From assembly GCF_009914755.1 (NCBI RefSeq), contig NC_060926.1: a stretch of 64,000 nt of DNA. One strand, 5' to 3'. The translations under genes and the position numbers were made by a program. The DNA comes from the human T2T-CHM13v2.0 reference genome, Homo sapiens. Positions 25,691-42,935 of this stretch are shown here, one piece after another. Under the pieces are notes generated by a model that saw nothing but the letters and a program-made list of their open reading frames with translations, ran no database searches and had not been told where the DNA came from. Within the stretch, counting starts at the first letter, position 1. Every line of letters starts with the position of its first letter.

Positions 25691-28098
25691 AAGCCTTTAT
25701 TGTTTTGCCCTGAAGGACCTCCTGATCCTGTACAGATTCCTTTTCTACTAAAACATGATAAAATCAAGGCAACTAAATGTAGAAAGCTCAAATGCATATC
25801 TAGGAGCAACATCCTCATCTGCATAAAAAGGCCTTTTCTGTGAGGGAGGACTGATTGTTCGCCATCTAATAGCCATTTCGTTTTCCTTCTCCCCCACAAT
25901 ATTAATTATATTCTACTCTGCATGCATCTCTGCTCAGCTATCTACCTTACCTCTCAATAAAAAGAGATAGCGTTTCAAAATAAATAGCCTGATACACTGT
26001 AAAGATGCTGCAGGTACTTAGAAACAACATTTTCTAAATATTTATAAGCTATATTTCAAAATCTGTTACATTCAGTGAATTATGTAAATAAATATCAGAC
26101 CTGCAAGTCACCATCCCACAGCTCCAGTGCAGCAAGTCCAATTACTCATCTATAAACAGACAAGTCATCATTTAAACTCTGTCCTCTGACTTAGAGCTCT
26201 GTCTTTGGATTCTATCCAGCTAAACAAATCTAAAGTGTGAAACTTGTTTTTTCTTACTAAAAGAAATAAGAAGAATGTATTTATTATGAGGGAGAATGAC
26301 AGTGTTTATTTTATTTGCTTTTGAATTGCTTTAAGACATAAGAAAAATCCTCTGTGTAAACTGGTTCCAATCTCAATTGGAATAGGGTAAAGGGACATGC
26401 GGGTGGGAACAGGAGGTGAGAAAAGGAAAGAGGAAACAGAGAGCACATTTGCAGAGAGCTTGAGCTTAATTTTCTTGAAATGCTCCAGGCTTGCAGAGCT
26501 GCAGGCTGGAAAGACAGGTCAGCCAGATGTCAACACTTAGGTCACAGTTCTGGAACAATGTTCTGATTCCCTTACATGGTTGCAGGATATGAGGATGAGA
26601 GGGAAGCAGGAAAACCCCCAAGTAATTCACATTATGTGTCCTTGTAGACCATCCACACTCTCTGCCCTCTCTCTGTCCTGGCAATGCTCATCTCCCAAGA
26701 GACCAGATCCAGATCTAGGAAGAGAGGTAAGAAGTCTGCACTAAAAGCCTGGACATAGTAAAGTTCATAGATGGAGTTTAGGCACTAGGCTATGAAGGTT
26801 TTGGGAAGAAAATGTTCAGTGTGCTATGGGATTTTGTAGGACTTCCATGGAATCTTTAAAGGTAGGGAGCAGATGAATCTAGAAAAAGTACCTCCAGCAA
26901 GATGAGCAAAATCGAAAAGCTAGAAATGCATGTCAGGTACTTATGGTTCTTGAGAAGGTGACACTGAATGCAGAGGGAAGTTGGTCTGCAGGCAGAGAGG
27001 TTTGTGTTGGGGAGTGGTGAGGGCTTTGAAGACAGAGGCTAGGTGGGGAGCTTGGGATTTATTCTAGTGGTAATGGGAATCCACTGAGGACTTTTATACC
27101 AATATCTAAAAATGAGCACGTGAGATGTGGACAGGAGAGTTATGTGACACCTTCTAGCAAGATTGAAAGTCCAAGATCCAAGCTCCCTATTCCCAGTAAT
27201 GTATCTTAGCAAAGGTACATGGAACAAAGCGTGGCCTATTGACCATCTATAACCCACCAGAATGATGAAGAATTTCTGTGTCAATGGTAGATACTGACTA
27301 ACAAATGCAAGAAACTGAGTCAATCTCTATAATTCTCCATCTCTCTCTCTCTCTGAGGTTATTATATTCAAGGGACAGTCATAGGATTACACGCTCTAGG
27401 AGTGATGGTTAATTTTAAGGCTTTTTGTCAGTGAGTGCAGAGAATGATCCTTCTGGAAACTCACAGTGCTTGAAAACTTGAAACCATCTCTTTTTAGTTT
27501 CTCCACTCCTCCCAATGTTTGCTGCTGGTATTGTACTATAAATCTTTACAGGCAAATTCTTTAAACAAACAAATAAATGAACAAATAAACAAGTCTCGTG
27601 AGCTAATAAAATATCCCCTCCATCATTCCTCACAACAGCCTCTTTTCTGTCAATATGGTTTCATTTATTCAGATCAATCCTTTCTGATTACTTATATTGG
27701 TTCTCTCTTTTCCAACTATTCTCAGGCAGATTGCTGTCTGGCAAGGGCCACTACTGAGTTTTTATGTTTACTTTATTGATCTTAGGAGATCAACCCATCT
27801 GTTTCCACTGTGCTCCAAGCAGATACAGTTTCTCAGTGAAAGATAGTATTTTTTATTTCACAGAGGTGTAAAAACCCCCTTTAGCTCATTTCTCAAATTT
27901 TACTAGTTATAAAAATCTTCGAAAAGTTAATAACTTTCCATATTATGCAATCATAATCATTTGTTGCAGAAAAAATCAAATCACAGGTTTTGATTTTTAT
28001 TCTCCTCAATAGAGGAGAATAAAATCAAAGAGAATTCGAATTTACAGAGGTAATGATCGGTAATATGTGGATGTATGGCATCTACTATTTTGTTCTAT

Positions 28099-28127
<29 letters not shown>
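28099..28127. repeat. (CA)n microsatellite
   Basis: Direct tandem repeat. Confidence 0.95.
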
Positions 28128-28131
<4 letters not shown>

Positions 28132-29416
28132 TTCCTATACTCAGATTTTGATCTAGGAATCAAAGAGATATAAAAATTGTTTTATTTTCCTAAGCATTTT
28201 TAGACAAAATTTGATTTGCAGTCACTATTACTCAAGATGTAGGAAAATATATGACATTGCTGTGTTATTTATATAGAGTCCTTTATGAGCAACTTAAAAT
28301 ATCAGTATTTTCCTGGTTTATTCAAGCTTGGCAACACTTAGAGCTTCTTCACCAAATTTAATACTTTTTTAAAAAAAATCAAGGTCATAATAAGTATTAC
28401 TGGAGAAGGAAAAGAAAACAGACCAGCTGATAATTATTGTGGAGCCAGCTACTAAAAAGGGTTAGGGATCTTTTAATAAGTCTGTTAGCATTTGCACCAC
28501 TGTCTCCTCGCACACCAATTTGAGATTTTACAGCCTCCACATAAATATTTTTAAAGATCCAAATTGGTTCTTTGAGATGTGAATGACAGAACTTGTTCCC
28601 TTTGCTTAAAAAAGGTAGTCCCATTGTTTAGAAGCAGTCAAATGCTTTAGCCTTAAAGATACAGTTTATCCAAAGAAAAGGGATTGTAATCAATGCAACA
28701 TACAATCTTGTTGAATACATTCTCCTCAGCAAGAACTTAGGAGTTATTAAAGCACCTCTCCAGAAAGAGAAATGACTTAAAATGCCTTTAATCCATTGTG
28801 TTATTTTCCCCAAAGTTTTATTATGAGTAGAAGATACCTTCAGAGTCAAAAAAGAAAACACTTTGGAAATTAATACAACCTAGGAAAAAATCTAGTAGCT
28901 GTAATTAGTCTATACTATCAACAAACATACAACAAAATATCCATATGAGGGTGGAACACATTTTTGTCTGAACTTAGTTCTGATTCAATATAGTTTTTTT
29001 TTCTTAAGTCACAATAATGTAACTTAAAAAGTTTCTAGTAATATTTATTGTATGTAGCCTAGAAGATGAAAAGAATGTAACTATTATTCTTGGTTTGTTT
29101 TTAGGTTATTTACTTAGGGCTAAGCACCTCATTTTTCTTGTATACAAAAAGTAATTATGCAGTCAAAAGAAATATAGCTCATATACTTCAAAACATATGA
29201 AAAATGTAAAACTTTATTACACACATTAATTTCTAACAAAGGACATCTCTAGCATCAGTATAACTGGGACAAGCCAGATAACTGATGTATCTATTCAGAT
29301 GTTTCTCCCAAATGAGTTTTATAAAGGCAAACAAACAAATAAACAATTTCTTCTTTTATGTCTGTCTCTCTTTTATAAATTTTCACTTCCCAACACAGGC
29401 AATAGTTTTGGGAATT

Positions 29417-29480
29417 TGTGTGTATGTGTGTGTGTCTGTGTGTGCGTGTGTGTGTATCTGTGTGTGTGTGTGTGCGTGCA
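29417..29480. repeat. Imperfect (TG)n microsatellite
   Basis: Interrupted TG run. A second (TG)n lies at 30121-30147. Confidence 0.9.
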
Positions 29481-30906
29481 CACATGTACATTAATATATT
29501 CTGTTTGTTAGTCTTGCTAGTCCCTCATTTCTCATTTCTTATGTTGTAAAGCAAAGATTTGAAAACCTGCAAATTATGAACTAAATACGTTGATGGTTTT
29601 TCCAACTTGGATCTTGCCCATCCTGACCTAATGGAAATGTCAGCATATTCTTGGAAAGCCACGGTTAGTGTGAGTGAGCCAGGCCTGTTCTGGTTGCCCT
29701 CATTCTTTCACTCCCCGAGCAGTGGCTCCTGGATAACAAGGTCTGGATTCTTGCCACTGTAGGCAGGAAGATTTGTGGCTTGACTTCGGTTGTCTCGGGG
29801 GTCATGGCCGATGCACTGGGGGCATCATGCTGCACAATATGGTATGCAGCTCATGTAAAAGTAAGGGGTGGGTGGCTCTCGCCCCGTACACACTAAATAA
29901 TAACTGGAGAAACCTTTTGATCAATAAAAGATAAAGAAATAAAAGCAACACAGCAAACCTTACCTTACATAAGGGAATAGAACATAAGATTTTAAACTGT
30001 CAAGCCAGAAGCAGTTCATGGAATCCCCTCATCCTGGCTAAATATGCAAGAATTATCTGATATTTGAAGCTATTTATTTTTGAATATAAGTAAGAAAGAA
30101 GTTTGTGAGAGAAAGTTTAAGTGTGTGTGTGTGTGTGTGTGTATGTGCTTGAGGGTTGGTGAAGCCTCAGGGAGTGGCTTAGAGTCATGAGAAATATCAC
30201 AAGGAAAAGGAATAAATAGTTCCTTTCAGGATAAGGGAATATAAAGTTTTTCAGCAATAAGAAGCTTTGCACTCATCGAGTTCCAGCAATATGATATTTT
30301 GAACATCTAAATAAGATAAAATCTGTAGGCTACCTTGATGAGTAACTGATTTAATGATACAATGATTTAATTTCACAAACGAGATTATTTTGAAGAAAAC
30401 AACTGATACAGAAGTCAAACATTACTGAAATATAATATGATTTCCCCCCTTTTATACCTTCTTTGTTTCCTTCTGCAGTAGTGGTAGTAAGGGAAAAATC
30501 TTCAGAGAGCGTTAGCTATGAATGGTTTTTAAGAATTTTCTGAATGCAATTTTTAGGAGGACCAATTAGACTCTGGATGGAATGTCAATACTCCAACCTT
30601 AGCTTGCCAGAGAAGAAATAACAAGCTTGAATTTAACGTCCTCCCTTTTGTTTTTTTCAGCTTCCCTTATATGATGTCCAGTGTGTTTCTGGGTGGTTGG
30701 ACAGGAACTGATACAAAGAGATTCCTGAAGAAGTTGTCATTCAAATGCAAAAAAAAGTCACCTTGACATCTAAAAATTAAACTTGTAAGCTGTTAAATAA
30801 GAACAATTACTCTGTAGTTAATACAATTGCACTTAGACACATTCTTAGGTGATTTTTGATATCATAAAGGCATATATCTCTTTAAAGCAGTCAAGAATAT
30901 CTTTAA

Positions 30907-31021
30907 GCCAGGTGTCTGTAGGCTCATGTCTGTAATCCCAGTGACTCAGGAGACTGAGGTGGAGGATTGCTTGAGCCCAGGTCTTGAGTTCAAGACCAGC
31001 CTGGGCAATATAGCAAAAAAA
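30907..31021 (+). mobile_element. Alu monomer (FLAM-like)
   Basis: Single left-arm Alu with a short A tail, flanked by AAGAATATCTTTAA and AGAATTATATCTTTAA. Confidence 0.85.
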
Positions 31022-31452
31022 GAATTATATCTTTAAAAAGAGAGACCCTCAAGTTTGCCTAATTTTTTATTGTCAGATTATACACTATTTATGGAGATGA
31101 ATCTAAGAAGTGTTAAGTTTCCCATGAAGCTTTCCAAGGTCTTTCACCCTCCATTGAGGGTCAATTTATGTATTAGATGTAGTGTCAAGAGCCTGCAATA
31201 CTGTTAGGGGCTCATAAAATCAGAACAAAAGTGAATTTTTGTGTCAAAGAAAATGTTTTTGCATGTAGTAGTATATTCAACACTGTCATAGAATACAATT
31301 TAACATTTCTTCAGGGAAAAAGGGCCCATAAAGGTGAAAGTGCCTCTAGGGCTTGTGGAAGTCACGGTATGACCCTGTCTCCATTCACTTTCTTGCTCTC
31401 TAAGACCTGCTTCCCTGTTTGCACTTTTAAAATTCATAAGGCTCAATTTCTT

Positions 31453-33569
<2,117 letters not shown>

Positions 33570-34459
33570 TAAAAGCAAACCCAAGAGCATTTTGTAAACT
33601 GTAAAAAAACTTTCACAAGTGATATCCTGTTTGTGATCATTATTGTCTGTCTAGTCATGGGAGCCAGAAATCTGGGATTAAATTTAAATCCTGTCTCTCC
33701 ATCTCTTCTTCCAAATGGCTGCCAGCTCCTCTGATTTCCACCTCTGAAACCCACTTTTTCTCTTCCTTTCCCATTGTTATGACACTTTCTCCCTCTTTTT
33801 AAACCTTTTTTATTGTGGAGAATTTAGACATAGAAGAAGATAAAAGTCTACCAAATCTTATGTACCCATTACTGAACCCCCAAAATCCATGTTGCTCTAT
33901 TCACATCCCTAACCAGTTTTGAGACAAATCTCAGGCATCATGTAATTGCATCCATACATACTTCAGTATGTTTCAGTACAAGATAAAAACTTTAAAAAAA
34001 AATCACTGCAATACTATTATAACCCCTGAAAAATAGCAATAACTCTTTAATTCACTAAATATGTAGTCAGGGTTCATATTTACAATTGTCTTACAAATGT
34101 CATAAATTTTTTAAAATACTTTTTATCTGTCAGACTCCAAATAAGATTCTAACATTGTGATTTGTTGGTCCGTTGGTCCGTAGCTCCCTCTCAATCTCTT
34201 TTTTATTTCTCTGCCATTTATTTATTTATTAATCTTTTACCTGTGCTGTTGCTCTAGCTGTCTTGTACTTCCAACCTCTTTTCTCTCTGATTTACCTTCC
34301 ATGTTGCTATTGAAACGATATACAGTGGATTAATTCATGTGATTCTTATGCTTAAAATACTTTCCTGCCTTCAACATGTCTACAGGATGAAGACCGTGTG
34401 TATTTATTAATGCAAGGTACTGTAGCCTTCAATAATATGGGCTAAACACACTTTTACAG

Positions 34460-35375
34460 ATTTTTTTTTAAATTTAACTTTTAAGTTCAGGGGTACATGT
34501 GCAGGTTTGTTACATGGGTAAACTTGTGTCATGGGGATTTATTGTACAAATTATTTCACTATCCAGGTATAAAGTCTAGTACCCAGTAGTTATTTTTTCT
34601 GGTCCTCTCCCTCCTCCCAGCCTCCACCCTCTGAAAGGCCCCAGTGTGTGTTGTTCCCCTCTATGTGTCCATGTTTTCTCATCACTTAGCTCCCACTTAT
34701 AAGTGAGAACATGTGGTATTTGGTTTTCTGTTCTTGCGTTAGTTTGCTAAGGATAATGGCCTCCAGTTCCATCCATGTCCCTGCAAAGAACATGATCTCT
34801 CTCTTTTCTCGGCTGCACAGTATTCCACAGTGTATGTGTACCACATTTTCTTTATCCAGTCTGTCATTGATGGGCATTTAGGTTGACTCCATGTCTTTGC
34901 TATTGTGAATAGTGCTTCAGTGAACATACACATGCATGTGTCTTTATGGTAGAACTATTTGTAGAACTTTACAAAAGTTCTACTTTGTAGAACTTTATGG
35001 TAGAACTATTTGTATTCCTTTCAGTATTTACTCAGTAATGGGATTGCTAGGTTGAATGATAGTTCAGTTTTTAGGTCTTTGAGGAATAGCCACAGTGTTT
35101 TCCGTAATGGCTGAACTCCCACTAACAGTGTATAAGCGTTCCTTTTTCTCCATAACCTCATCAACATCTGTTATTTTTTGACTTTTTAATAATAGCCATT
35201 TTGACTGGTGTGAGATGATATCTCATTGTGGCTTTGATTTGTGTTTCTCTAATGATCAGTGATATTGAGCTTTTTTTATATGTTTGTTGGGTGCATATAT
35301 GTCTTCTTTTGAAAAGTGTCTATTCATATCCTTTGCTCCCTTTTTAATGGGGTTGTTTATATTTATCTTGTAAAC
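34460..35375 (-). mobile_element. Older L1PA 3' fragment
   Basis: Minus-strand ORF2 C-terminal peptides (ALFTIAKTWSQPKCPS, FAGTWMELEAIILSKL) plus the 3'UTR. Confidence 0.9.
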
Positions 35376-35785
35376 TGGTTTACACACTTCCCCAAATTAA
35401 TTTTCAACTATCTCTCCTATACCTATGCCCATAAACCACCACATCCAACCTTTGAACTCCAGACCCAAATGCATTATTATCTTTCAGGACCATTACTCAT
35501 ACTTTCCAGAAAAGCCTTTTTTTTTTTTTTTTCCAGAAAATCTCTCCTCTCTCTTCTCTGCCTATCAAAATCTTACTCATTCTTTTCAGACCATTTTGAA
35601 TTTCACTTCATTTCTGATAACTTTGCCAATACTTTAGATTTAAATTTCCCCGGCCCTACCCCCTCTGTGCTTCCTTATACATTTTGATGATATATTTTTA
35701 ATGCTGGTGATAATGACAGCATCTAAAAGCTTAAATGCTTTAACTCATTTAATATTCTCAACTACCCTATAGAGAAGATACTATT

Positions 35786-36070
35786 GGCCGGGCTTGGTGG
35801 CTCACATCTGTAATCCCAGCACTTTGTGAGGCAGAGGTGGGAGGATCACTTCAGCTCAGGAGTTTGAGAACAACCTGGACAACAATGCGAGACCTCGTCT
35901 CTACTAAAAATAAAAAAGAATAGTCAACCATGGTGGTGTGTACGTGTAATCCAAGCTACTCGGGAGGCTGAGATGGGAAGATTGCTTGGGAGGTCAAGGC
36001 TGCAGTGAGCTGTGATCACACCAATGCACTGCAGTGTGGGTGACAGAGTGAGAGACTGTCTCAATAAAAG
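35786..36070 (+). mobile_element. AluJ-like
   Basis: Diverged dimeric Alu with GGAGGTCAAGGCTGCAGTGAGC. Flanked by TACTATT repeats and inserted in a MIR-like element that continues to ~36355. Confidence 0.9.
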
Positions 36071-37785
36071 GTACTATTATTATTCCTATTTTCAGACAAG
36101 AAAATAACAATATTAGCTAATGTTTATGCAGTGCCCACTGAGTCCTAGACACTGTTCTCTCCAAATATAGTTCTCATGGAGCCTCCTTGATGTGGGTTCT
36201 ACTATTATCTTTATGATATACTCCAGGCAAATGAAGCACAGAGATGTTAGATAACTTTGCCCAATGTCCTACAGTTAGTAAGTGGCAGAGCAGCACCTGG
36301 AATGCAGGTCGTTTGCCTCTGGAGCCCATACCCTGAACCACTGTGCTAAGCTGCAATTATGATGAAAAATAGTTTTTGTTAAAAAGACATGAGTACGTGT
36401 GTGTGTCTGTGTGTGTTATTCTATAATTCTACCTCTGATGCATCTATTTCTCAAGGCCAGCACTTGTCTAATTTCTCTAGCACAATACTGTGCACATATT
36501 AGACAATTAAATAGTCAATGAATTAAATATCTTGAATTAGCTCTGCAGTATTTAGCAACTAAAAAATTATTTAAAATGAAGAGCTATAATTTCTGAAATT
36601 CCATACAATTAAATATAAAATCAAGACCAAGTTTACCAAAAGTGAGATAATTTACATATATATTTTAGCAGCATATATATTATGTAAAGCAAGACACATT
36701 ACCATTGAGCCAGAATGTGCTAGTAACTAAATTACATGCATTCCTCTGCAGTTCTTAAGGAAATGCATGACAGAAAATATGGAATATTAAGCTATAAAAT
36801 GATGCATATTTCTAGGTTTCCCTTGATATGAGGTATTTCACAAACAGGCCCATTGTCATTATGTAGGTGTCCTAACTGTAATGTATGGAATATTTCTTGA
36901 GAGGTAAACAAATTATTTCATTTACTCATGCAGCAATCAGGGCTGAAACTTGAATAGATTTGGGGAGAAGACGGGATGAATTGTTGAAATTGTTTTTGAG
37001 ATTGCTTTGACTGCTCCAATTTAGAAAAGAAGCAAAGTAACTGATGCCTCCTCCCAAGGTCTGCGGTTATCATTCATTTGAAATTAAGATGGATAATGAA
37101 ACTACAGAATCACTGGTTTTAGGATGATTGAGCAGCAAAACAGATGCCATTCACTTCAATCTTGAAGACATCTTATACATTCTTCAGTGAGATTCTTCCA
37201 GCTTATTGCCAAATACCATAGGAAGATTGTTGCCTTTCTAAAAAATAGTAGTTCAGTTTGGTTTTTAATTTTAATAAACAGTTGGAGAAATTCACGGGTA
37301 AGAAATAGGAGCAAAAACGATGAAATTGGTTTTTAGCTCTGAACTATGAATTCCTTGATGACACTGAACTGAGAAGTTTTGTAATTCCATCCTCTGGAGC
37401 TCTCTCAGGGACAAGGTCTATGGCACAGAGAGGTCCTCAAACCCCAGGTACCATGAATGAGGTCTACACTCCCAATTTCTAATGGCTTAACTTCATTTTG
37501 TAGGAACAATTCCTGCTTTTCCAAAGTAGCAGAGAGACAGAGAGGATGCTGGTGTCTGCAGACACCCTAGCCTCCTGCAAAAAAAAAACAAAAACAAACA
37601 AAAACAACAACAACAAAAACTCCTAAAGTAATAACACCTCAGTCCAGGAATAAGACCTAAAATCAGAACAATTTTGGAATCCCAAAGACTTATCTAACTG
37701 ATCTCAGAGCAGATCAGATCTCTGCTTTGCTCCCTGTATTCTTCATTTCCTAGCGGGCAACACATCCTTAAAAATTACCTTCGGC

Positions 37786-38116
<331 letters not shown>

Positions 38117-38807
38117 CTACATTACTTTATCCAAGACAGGGACAATTCCTAAACTTCCAAGGTGTTAGAATTCCAAAAAAACATAATATATGTAGCCCAT
38201 CCAAGTTTGGTTTGAGCCTAACAAATAAGAGTAAATTTTTTAAAAAGACTTAACTCACCATTTGCTAGGGATTGAGACATGACCCATCTGTGGCTGTGTA
38301 TTTGCATCTGTATGGTCAGGGGAGAAAGAGGAAAATTTTTGGTTGGCATTGTCCTAAGACATAGATAAAAACCAGTGATTGTTTAGTGGATAAGAAAGGT
38401 CTTTTGTGAACATCTCACATGATTTTTCATTGGCGGTTACTGTTCAGTTGGACAGGTTAAGCACTGTTAGTATTACTGGGCTCAATGCAAACAAACATGG
38501 ACTTTGTGTCCTAAAGTTTGTTACGTAGTTCAGATTTTAACTGTTCCATGCATTTTTTTCATATTAGAAAATTCATGCATCAGAACAATGTCCTTCCTCT
38601 GACCATGTATCAGGCTGGTCTTTTGATTTTATAAGATGTGTCATTGTATTTAATAAGCCTTCCTTCAAGAAGCTTATAATCTAGTTTTTCATAGTTCATA
38701 GTTCTGTATGGAATTTGACAACTTCCTGGTAAAGCGATGTGCAAAAAGCTGTGGAAATCATGAGCAGCCCAGGAGGTGGTGGTATTGTTGCAAAGTAAGA
38801 TAGTGGA

Positions 38808-39105
38808 GGCCGGGCGTGGTGGCTCACGCCTGTAATCCCAGCACTTTGGGAGGCTGAGGCGGGAGGATCACCAGGTCAAGAGATCGAGACCAGCTTGGCC
38901 AACATGGTGAAACCCCATCTCTACTAAAAATACAAAAATTAGCCAGGCGTGGTGGCAGCCGCCTGTAGTCCCAGCTACTCAAGAGGCTGAGGCAGGAGAA
39001 TTGCTTGAACCTGGGAGGTGGAGTTGCAGTGAGCTGAGATCGTGCTGCTGCACTCCAGCCTGGTGACAGAGCAAGACTCCGTCTTAAAAAAAAAAAAAAA
39101 AAAAA
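38808..39105 (+). mobile_element. AluS (Sc-like)
   Basis: Full Alu with poly(A). TSD AAGATAGTGGA at 38797-38807 and 39106-39116. Confidence 0.95.
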
Positions 39106-41990
39106 AAGATAGTGGAGTTGATTTATCAAAACACAAAGAATGGCAATACACCAGAATAAGCCATTTATGTTTGTAACAGTAAACCCCAAAGATGAAAGGA
39201 ATCCAAGATTAATATGACTAAAGGCAGATGCAAAAAGGAAGGTAAAGTTCACAATCATTTTGGAATTCAGGAAAGCCCTGAGAAGTGCAAGCCCTCATGA
39301 AACTTCTTCCCCAGAAACAATTCTTTTTAGTGAGGGGGGAAGATAAATGTTCAGAGTTGCTGGCCTAGAGCCTAGAGCTTCATTCCTTGAATTTATACTC
39401 CCTTTTCTCCCTTTTGGCGAATCTTCAAACACTGCAAAGAATGGAGGGGTTAAGATCTTTCCTAAATGCGGCCCCTCAAAAGTTGCTTTTTATATGTGTT
39501 TTTCTTATAAGACTTTGGATGTTAATGTAACACTCCGAAGATGTATTTCCAAATTCCAAATCATCTGTACTGTCTCCCAATTCTGATTTAGAATACCCTC
39601 AATGTTTTTTGAGTCTATTAATTTGTCTTGAAAACTTGGAAAAGTATTACTTAGCTTTTTGAAAGCTATGAAAGGAGGATTTTGTTTTCCTTTGGTTTAA
39701 GAAAGTTTTCAGGTTTAGGAAAATGAAGTGGATAAAAGAAAGTAGGGGACAGGTAAACCTAGTTGCTATTAAAGAGGGTGAAAACTTTTCAGAAATATGT
39801 ATTTTTTTCTTGATGAGCTCTACAATTAGATCTTTCCCCCAGCAAATTATTCCCACTAAATTCATTTACCATGAGCAAAGGACAAAAAAGCCATCTCAAA
39901 GGAGTTTCAGTCTTAACTTTTAATTTGCTGGTTTTTGTCAGTTTATGTCACATTAATTTTCTTTTCCACATAGGAGAAAAGATCGTAAGTTATTAATATT
40001 ACTCTTCTTCCATCTGTCCAGGGGGAAGGGGGAAAATACCTCTATCACTGACACCCAGTTGTTAAAGCATAGAATAAAAGAAAAGTGAGTTTGAGATGTA
40101 GAACGAACTTTACCTATGTGTTATTATGCACAGAGGAGACGGCATTTTGCACTGCAAGTGTGTTCTGGAAGTTGATTTTTCATCAGACACCCCTACTTGC
40201 TAATTAGATATGTCCCAGCCAATATATTGTTGTGAACCTGAGTATGCAACTCTCTTAGAGGCACTGTTAAAGTTTTGGTGATATTTTCACAAGTGGGAGT
40301 TTCTTGCTTTCTATTCCTTATTTGCCCATTCTTTATAAACTAAATGTTGTACACTCAAAAATTAAATTTGATGGCACTTCACCCAGCTCTCAAAAGTGTC
40401 TTCTGCCTCTCATCCTTGAATTTGAAGAGACTGAGCAGGGCCACATGTTGATTTAGTCCAGGATCCTTAAAAGTTTGTAAAATGCCTTTAAATGAAAGAG
40501 GAGTATACTGGTTAGCATGCTAAACCCTGTCTGTAATCTGCAACCTTACAAGGAGACAAAGCAGCTCTGGCATCCCCTAATATAGTTGCAATAAAGATAA
40601 GATGATGGCGCTCGAAGTAAACATAAAATAATTGTACATAAAGCTGTATGCAAAAAGGCTTTGTTCCTAAGTACTGAAAAGGCCGTCACCCTGAAACAAT
40701 GGGGCAAATTAGCATGCAGCCAGCCCAAGGCTCTTAGTTGCACACACACGCACACTCACAAGCTCACAGTGACGAATGCTTGGTGCTTGCTGGGAGGTCA
40801 ACACTAAGAATCTTTCTTGGGAAGGCAGCATGTCAGATTTCAGACACTTTCCCTACAAATGGGCTTTTGGTGCTCAAAGGGGGGGCTTTCTGATCCAGAT
40901 AATAAAGTCCATTTACATGAAAAGATGCCGCTTTCAATGACATGATTAATTTCGGAAATACCTGGCAACTGAATGAAGCTGAGACTTCAAGAAATGACTG
41001 ATGATGAGAAAAGATAATTAGGCAAATGTCAGGAGTCCAGTGTTGTGCTTGGTGACAGGGGCTGGCCTGTCTAGGTTATTCCAAATGGAAATGAAAGGCC
41101 TTTGTGGAAAGTTGGGGATGATCAACCTACAGTTACATATAAACTCTTTTTAGCTCATGTTTCTCTGGTTTTTACCCCATCATGACCAATGGGGAGCTGA
41201 TGCTTACCTTCAATGACTTCTCAGCGAATCCCAGACAAAGCTGGACTTGTTTTTCATGAGGTCTGCAAAATGCAAATTTATCTTGCCTCACATGTCATTT
41301 GTTCAAAGGTAACCTCTCTGTTCTGAGCCCTTTCAAAAATCTCATTGACTTCTCCTCCCCTCCAAAAAAAAAAAAAAAAAAAAAAGCCAAACACCATTTA
41401 ATACTCCGCAGAAAGGACTTTGAAGACAAAGGCTGAAGTGGGAGGCAATGCAAATCTACTCCCTGCACATTGTTTTTGAGCCCTTTCTTCCTTTTTAAAA
41501 AAACAAAAAACAAAAAACAACAGCAGATTTTTCATTGGTGAATTGGAGGATGACAATGACTCTAGAGACCAGTGATCTCCACAGGATAGAATTAATGGGA
41601 AGCAGGACACTCTCAGTGGACTGAGGGAATAGGTTTCCACGGAACCTTTTCAAATAAAGAGTTTGTAACTGTGGCAAGAGAGAGGGGGTTCTTTCCTTAC
41701 TTTTTCTGCCTTACCGTACATCTTAATTTCTCCAAAAAGATGTTCATTAAAGACCATATGTTTGTACATATACCAGGATGGTCCATGAATGAGTGTTAGC
41801 AATCCTAACCTCTTCACTTTACTCCTTTTTCTTTTGCCTGACTGGTTCCTATAGGAGAAAGGTGGCTCTCCATGAAGCCATCTCCAGGCAGTGGAACCCC
41901 TGGAAAGGGGAAGATGCCAAGGAAGATCCTTGCTAGCCATTTAGGCCCAGGCATGCTAAGTTAGGTTTATATCTGATATTAGTTAATGGC

Positions 41991-42437
41991 TGCTATGGGT
42001 TGAAGTAGGTCCCCCTGCCCCAAAAGATATGCCAAAGTCCTAACCCACAGTAGTTCAAAAGTATTACCTTATTTGGAAATAAGGTCATTGCAGATATATT
42101 TAGTAAATATGAGATCATACTGAAGAAAGGGGGCCCTTAGCTCAATCTGCCCATTGTTGCTATCAGAACACAATATGAAGGCACACAGGGGAGAACACCA
42201 AGTGGCTACAGAGGCAGAGATTACAGTGACACAGCTGCAAGCCAAGGAATGCCAGGGATTGATGTCTACCACCAGAAGCTAGGAAGAGGCAAGGTGGGAA
42301 TATCCCCTACAGATTTCAGAGGGAGTAAGTTCCTGCTAACACCTTAATTTGGCACTTCTGGCTTCCAGCACTGTGACACAATACATGTCTGGTTTAAACC
42401 ATCTAGTGTGTGTTACTTTGTTAACAGCAGTTCTAGG
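41991..42437 (+). mobile_element. MaLR solo LTR (MLT1B/C-like)
   Basis: TGCTATGGGTTGAA...TTATTTGGAAATAAGGTCATTGCAGAT...GCAAGCCAAGGAATGCC...CCAGAAGCTAGGAAGAGGCAAG. Confidence 0.85.
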
Positions 42438-42646
42438 TATTGTTGGAGGAAATGAATAAAATAGTCATATCGTTCAACATAGCAGGCCTGTGAAGAACTA
42501 GAAATATTGTCTTTTTCCCTTACCTGATTCCTTACCATCTTAACCCAATTCCATCAAAGAAGATAGATAGATATACATTTATGAAAATACAGTGTCGCCT
42601 GTCACAAATAGTAACATGAAACCCCGTATTGGAAAGAAGAAAAGGG

Positions 42647-42935
42647 GGCTGGGCGTGGTGACTCACACCTGTAATCCCAGCACTTTGGGAGGCCGAGGAA
42701 GATGGATCACTTAAGGCCAGGAGTTCAAGACCAGCCTGGCCAACAGGGTGAAACTCTGTCTTTACTAAAAATACAAAAATTAGCCGGGCATGGTGGCTCA
42801 TGCCTGTAGTCCTAGCTACTCAGGAGGCTGAGGCATGAGAATTGCTTGAGCCTGGGAGATGGAGGTTGCAGTGAGCCAAGATCACGCCATTGCAATATTG
42901 TACTCCAGCCTGGGAGACAGAGCGAAACTCCTTCA
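42647..42935 (+). mobile_element. AluS
   Basis: Dimeric Alu whose tail is replaced by a GA-rich tract. Confidence 0.92.
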
